A stretch of 63,979 bases of DNA, the filler included, from Choristocarpus tenellus KU-1152 (lineage: Eukaryota > Protista > Phaeophyceae): the NCBI GenBank assembly GCA_964200185.2. It is 9 parts of 9 records of this genome, joined end to end, with 100 filler letters (N's around TTAATTAATTAA, not from the genome) between each part and the next. Parts side by side here need not be neighbours in the genome. Positions count along the whole stretch, not along the records: positions 60,596 to 63,979 come from CAXNAD020020400.1; 8 more parts are not named here. One strand, given 5' to 3'. The position numbers were made by a program, and so were the translations under genes. The notes under the pieces are model-generated. The model saw nothing but the letters and a program-made list of their open reading frames with translations. It was not told the DNA's origin and searched no databases. Below are positions 63,301 through 63,979 of this stretch, piece by piece (within the stretch, counting starts at the first letter, position 1; the number at the start of each line of letters is the position of its first letter).

Positions 63301-63937
63301 TCCACTTCAGCTCACTTTCAATTATTCCAGAAGAAGTTGATGTCTCTCTTTGTGGCATCAATTGCTGTGTTTTTCTCTAACAGCGTGTCAACAATGGTAT
63401 ACGCTTGCCCTCCAAACAACCATATTTATGGAAGGGAGATGAGAGGCACTTCATCGCCAGTACTTCATCTCTCTAGTTTGCAAAACGACTCCTTTGAGTA
63501 GTTGGAAAGGGTGCTCTTTCCTCGCCTGTGAAGGAAATGGGATGATGATCTTATAGGGTGCGCAAGATTATGCTGCGTAAAACTCTCCCAGCTACTTCCC
63601 ATTTTTGAGTGACATCTATAAAATTTTCACAACCTGGTCAGGGCAACTGACTTCAGAATCCAACTCGATTTTCTCTTATTTTCTTCTGAGTTTTAAACAT
63701 TTTTGTAGACATTAATGCTTGATATTTCAAAGGTCAAAAAACATTTCTTGAAGCACACAGAAGAAAAATGAGTGAAACATTTCTGTTGCCGGAGTATTCA
63801 GGACATAATGAACTTAACTCGTGGGCACCCAGATATATAACGCTCTCACAGGGAAGAAGGGTTATTTTCAAACATGGAATAAAAGCAAGAGCTTTCCATA
63901 TTAGGCACAGACCCTTGCATGAAAAAATCGAGGTAAA

Positions 63938-63979
63938 GGCCCAAAGTATCTGGGGAGGGGGTGACGGCCGTCCATTTGG
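63938..63979 (-). mobile_element. MITE family B end, truncated by the window
   Basis: GGCCCAAAGTATCTGGGGAGGGGGTGACGGCCGTCCATTTGG. Confidence 0.75.

Overview
Eukaryotic nuclear draft sequence: intron-rich and repeat-rich, with eight artificial 100-nt spacers (44 N + TTAATTAATTAA + 44 N). A putative bipartite plastid-targeting sequence, scattered TTAGGG tracts and DIRS-type relics suggest a photosynthetic stramenopile, possibly a brown alga (inference only). I assembled the genes by hand from GT-AG junctions. They are: the 5' part of a PP6-like phosphatase, an intronless mitochondrial phosphate carrier, an unknown helical protein with a Moonraker-like C-terminus, a candidate plastid beta-barrel, the last exon of membrin/GOSR2 (absent from the ORF track), the 3' exons of a BRAP2-like gene, a complete 6-exon tandem-PLAC8 gene head-to-head with RPC11, a small DnaJ-type Zn-finger gene, a coiled-coil/Ser-rich gene and the 3' exons of a PPR gene. 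Non-coding DNA is dominated by two MITE families sharing an AAAGTATCT terminal motif, plus a Stowaway-like element, decayed tyrosine-recombinase retrotransposons, satellites and interstitial telomere-like repeats. The most unusual signals are telomeric CCCTAA repeats replacing the internal palindrome of MITE copies, the same MITE inserted twice into itself in antisense orientation, the putative plastid beta-barrel, frequent AAG splice acceptors and two long hairpins. There is no CRISPR array, rRNA or recognisable tRNA.
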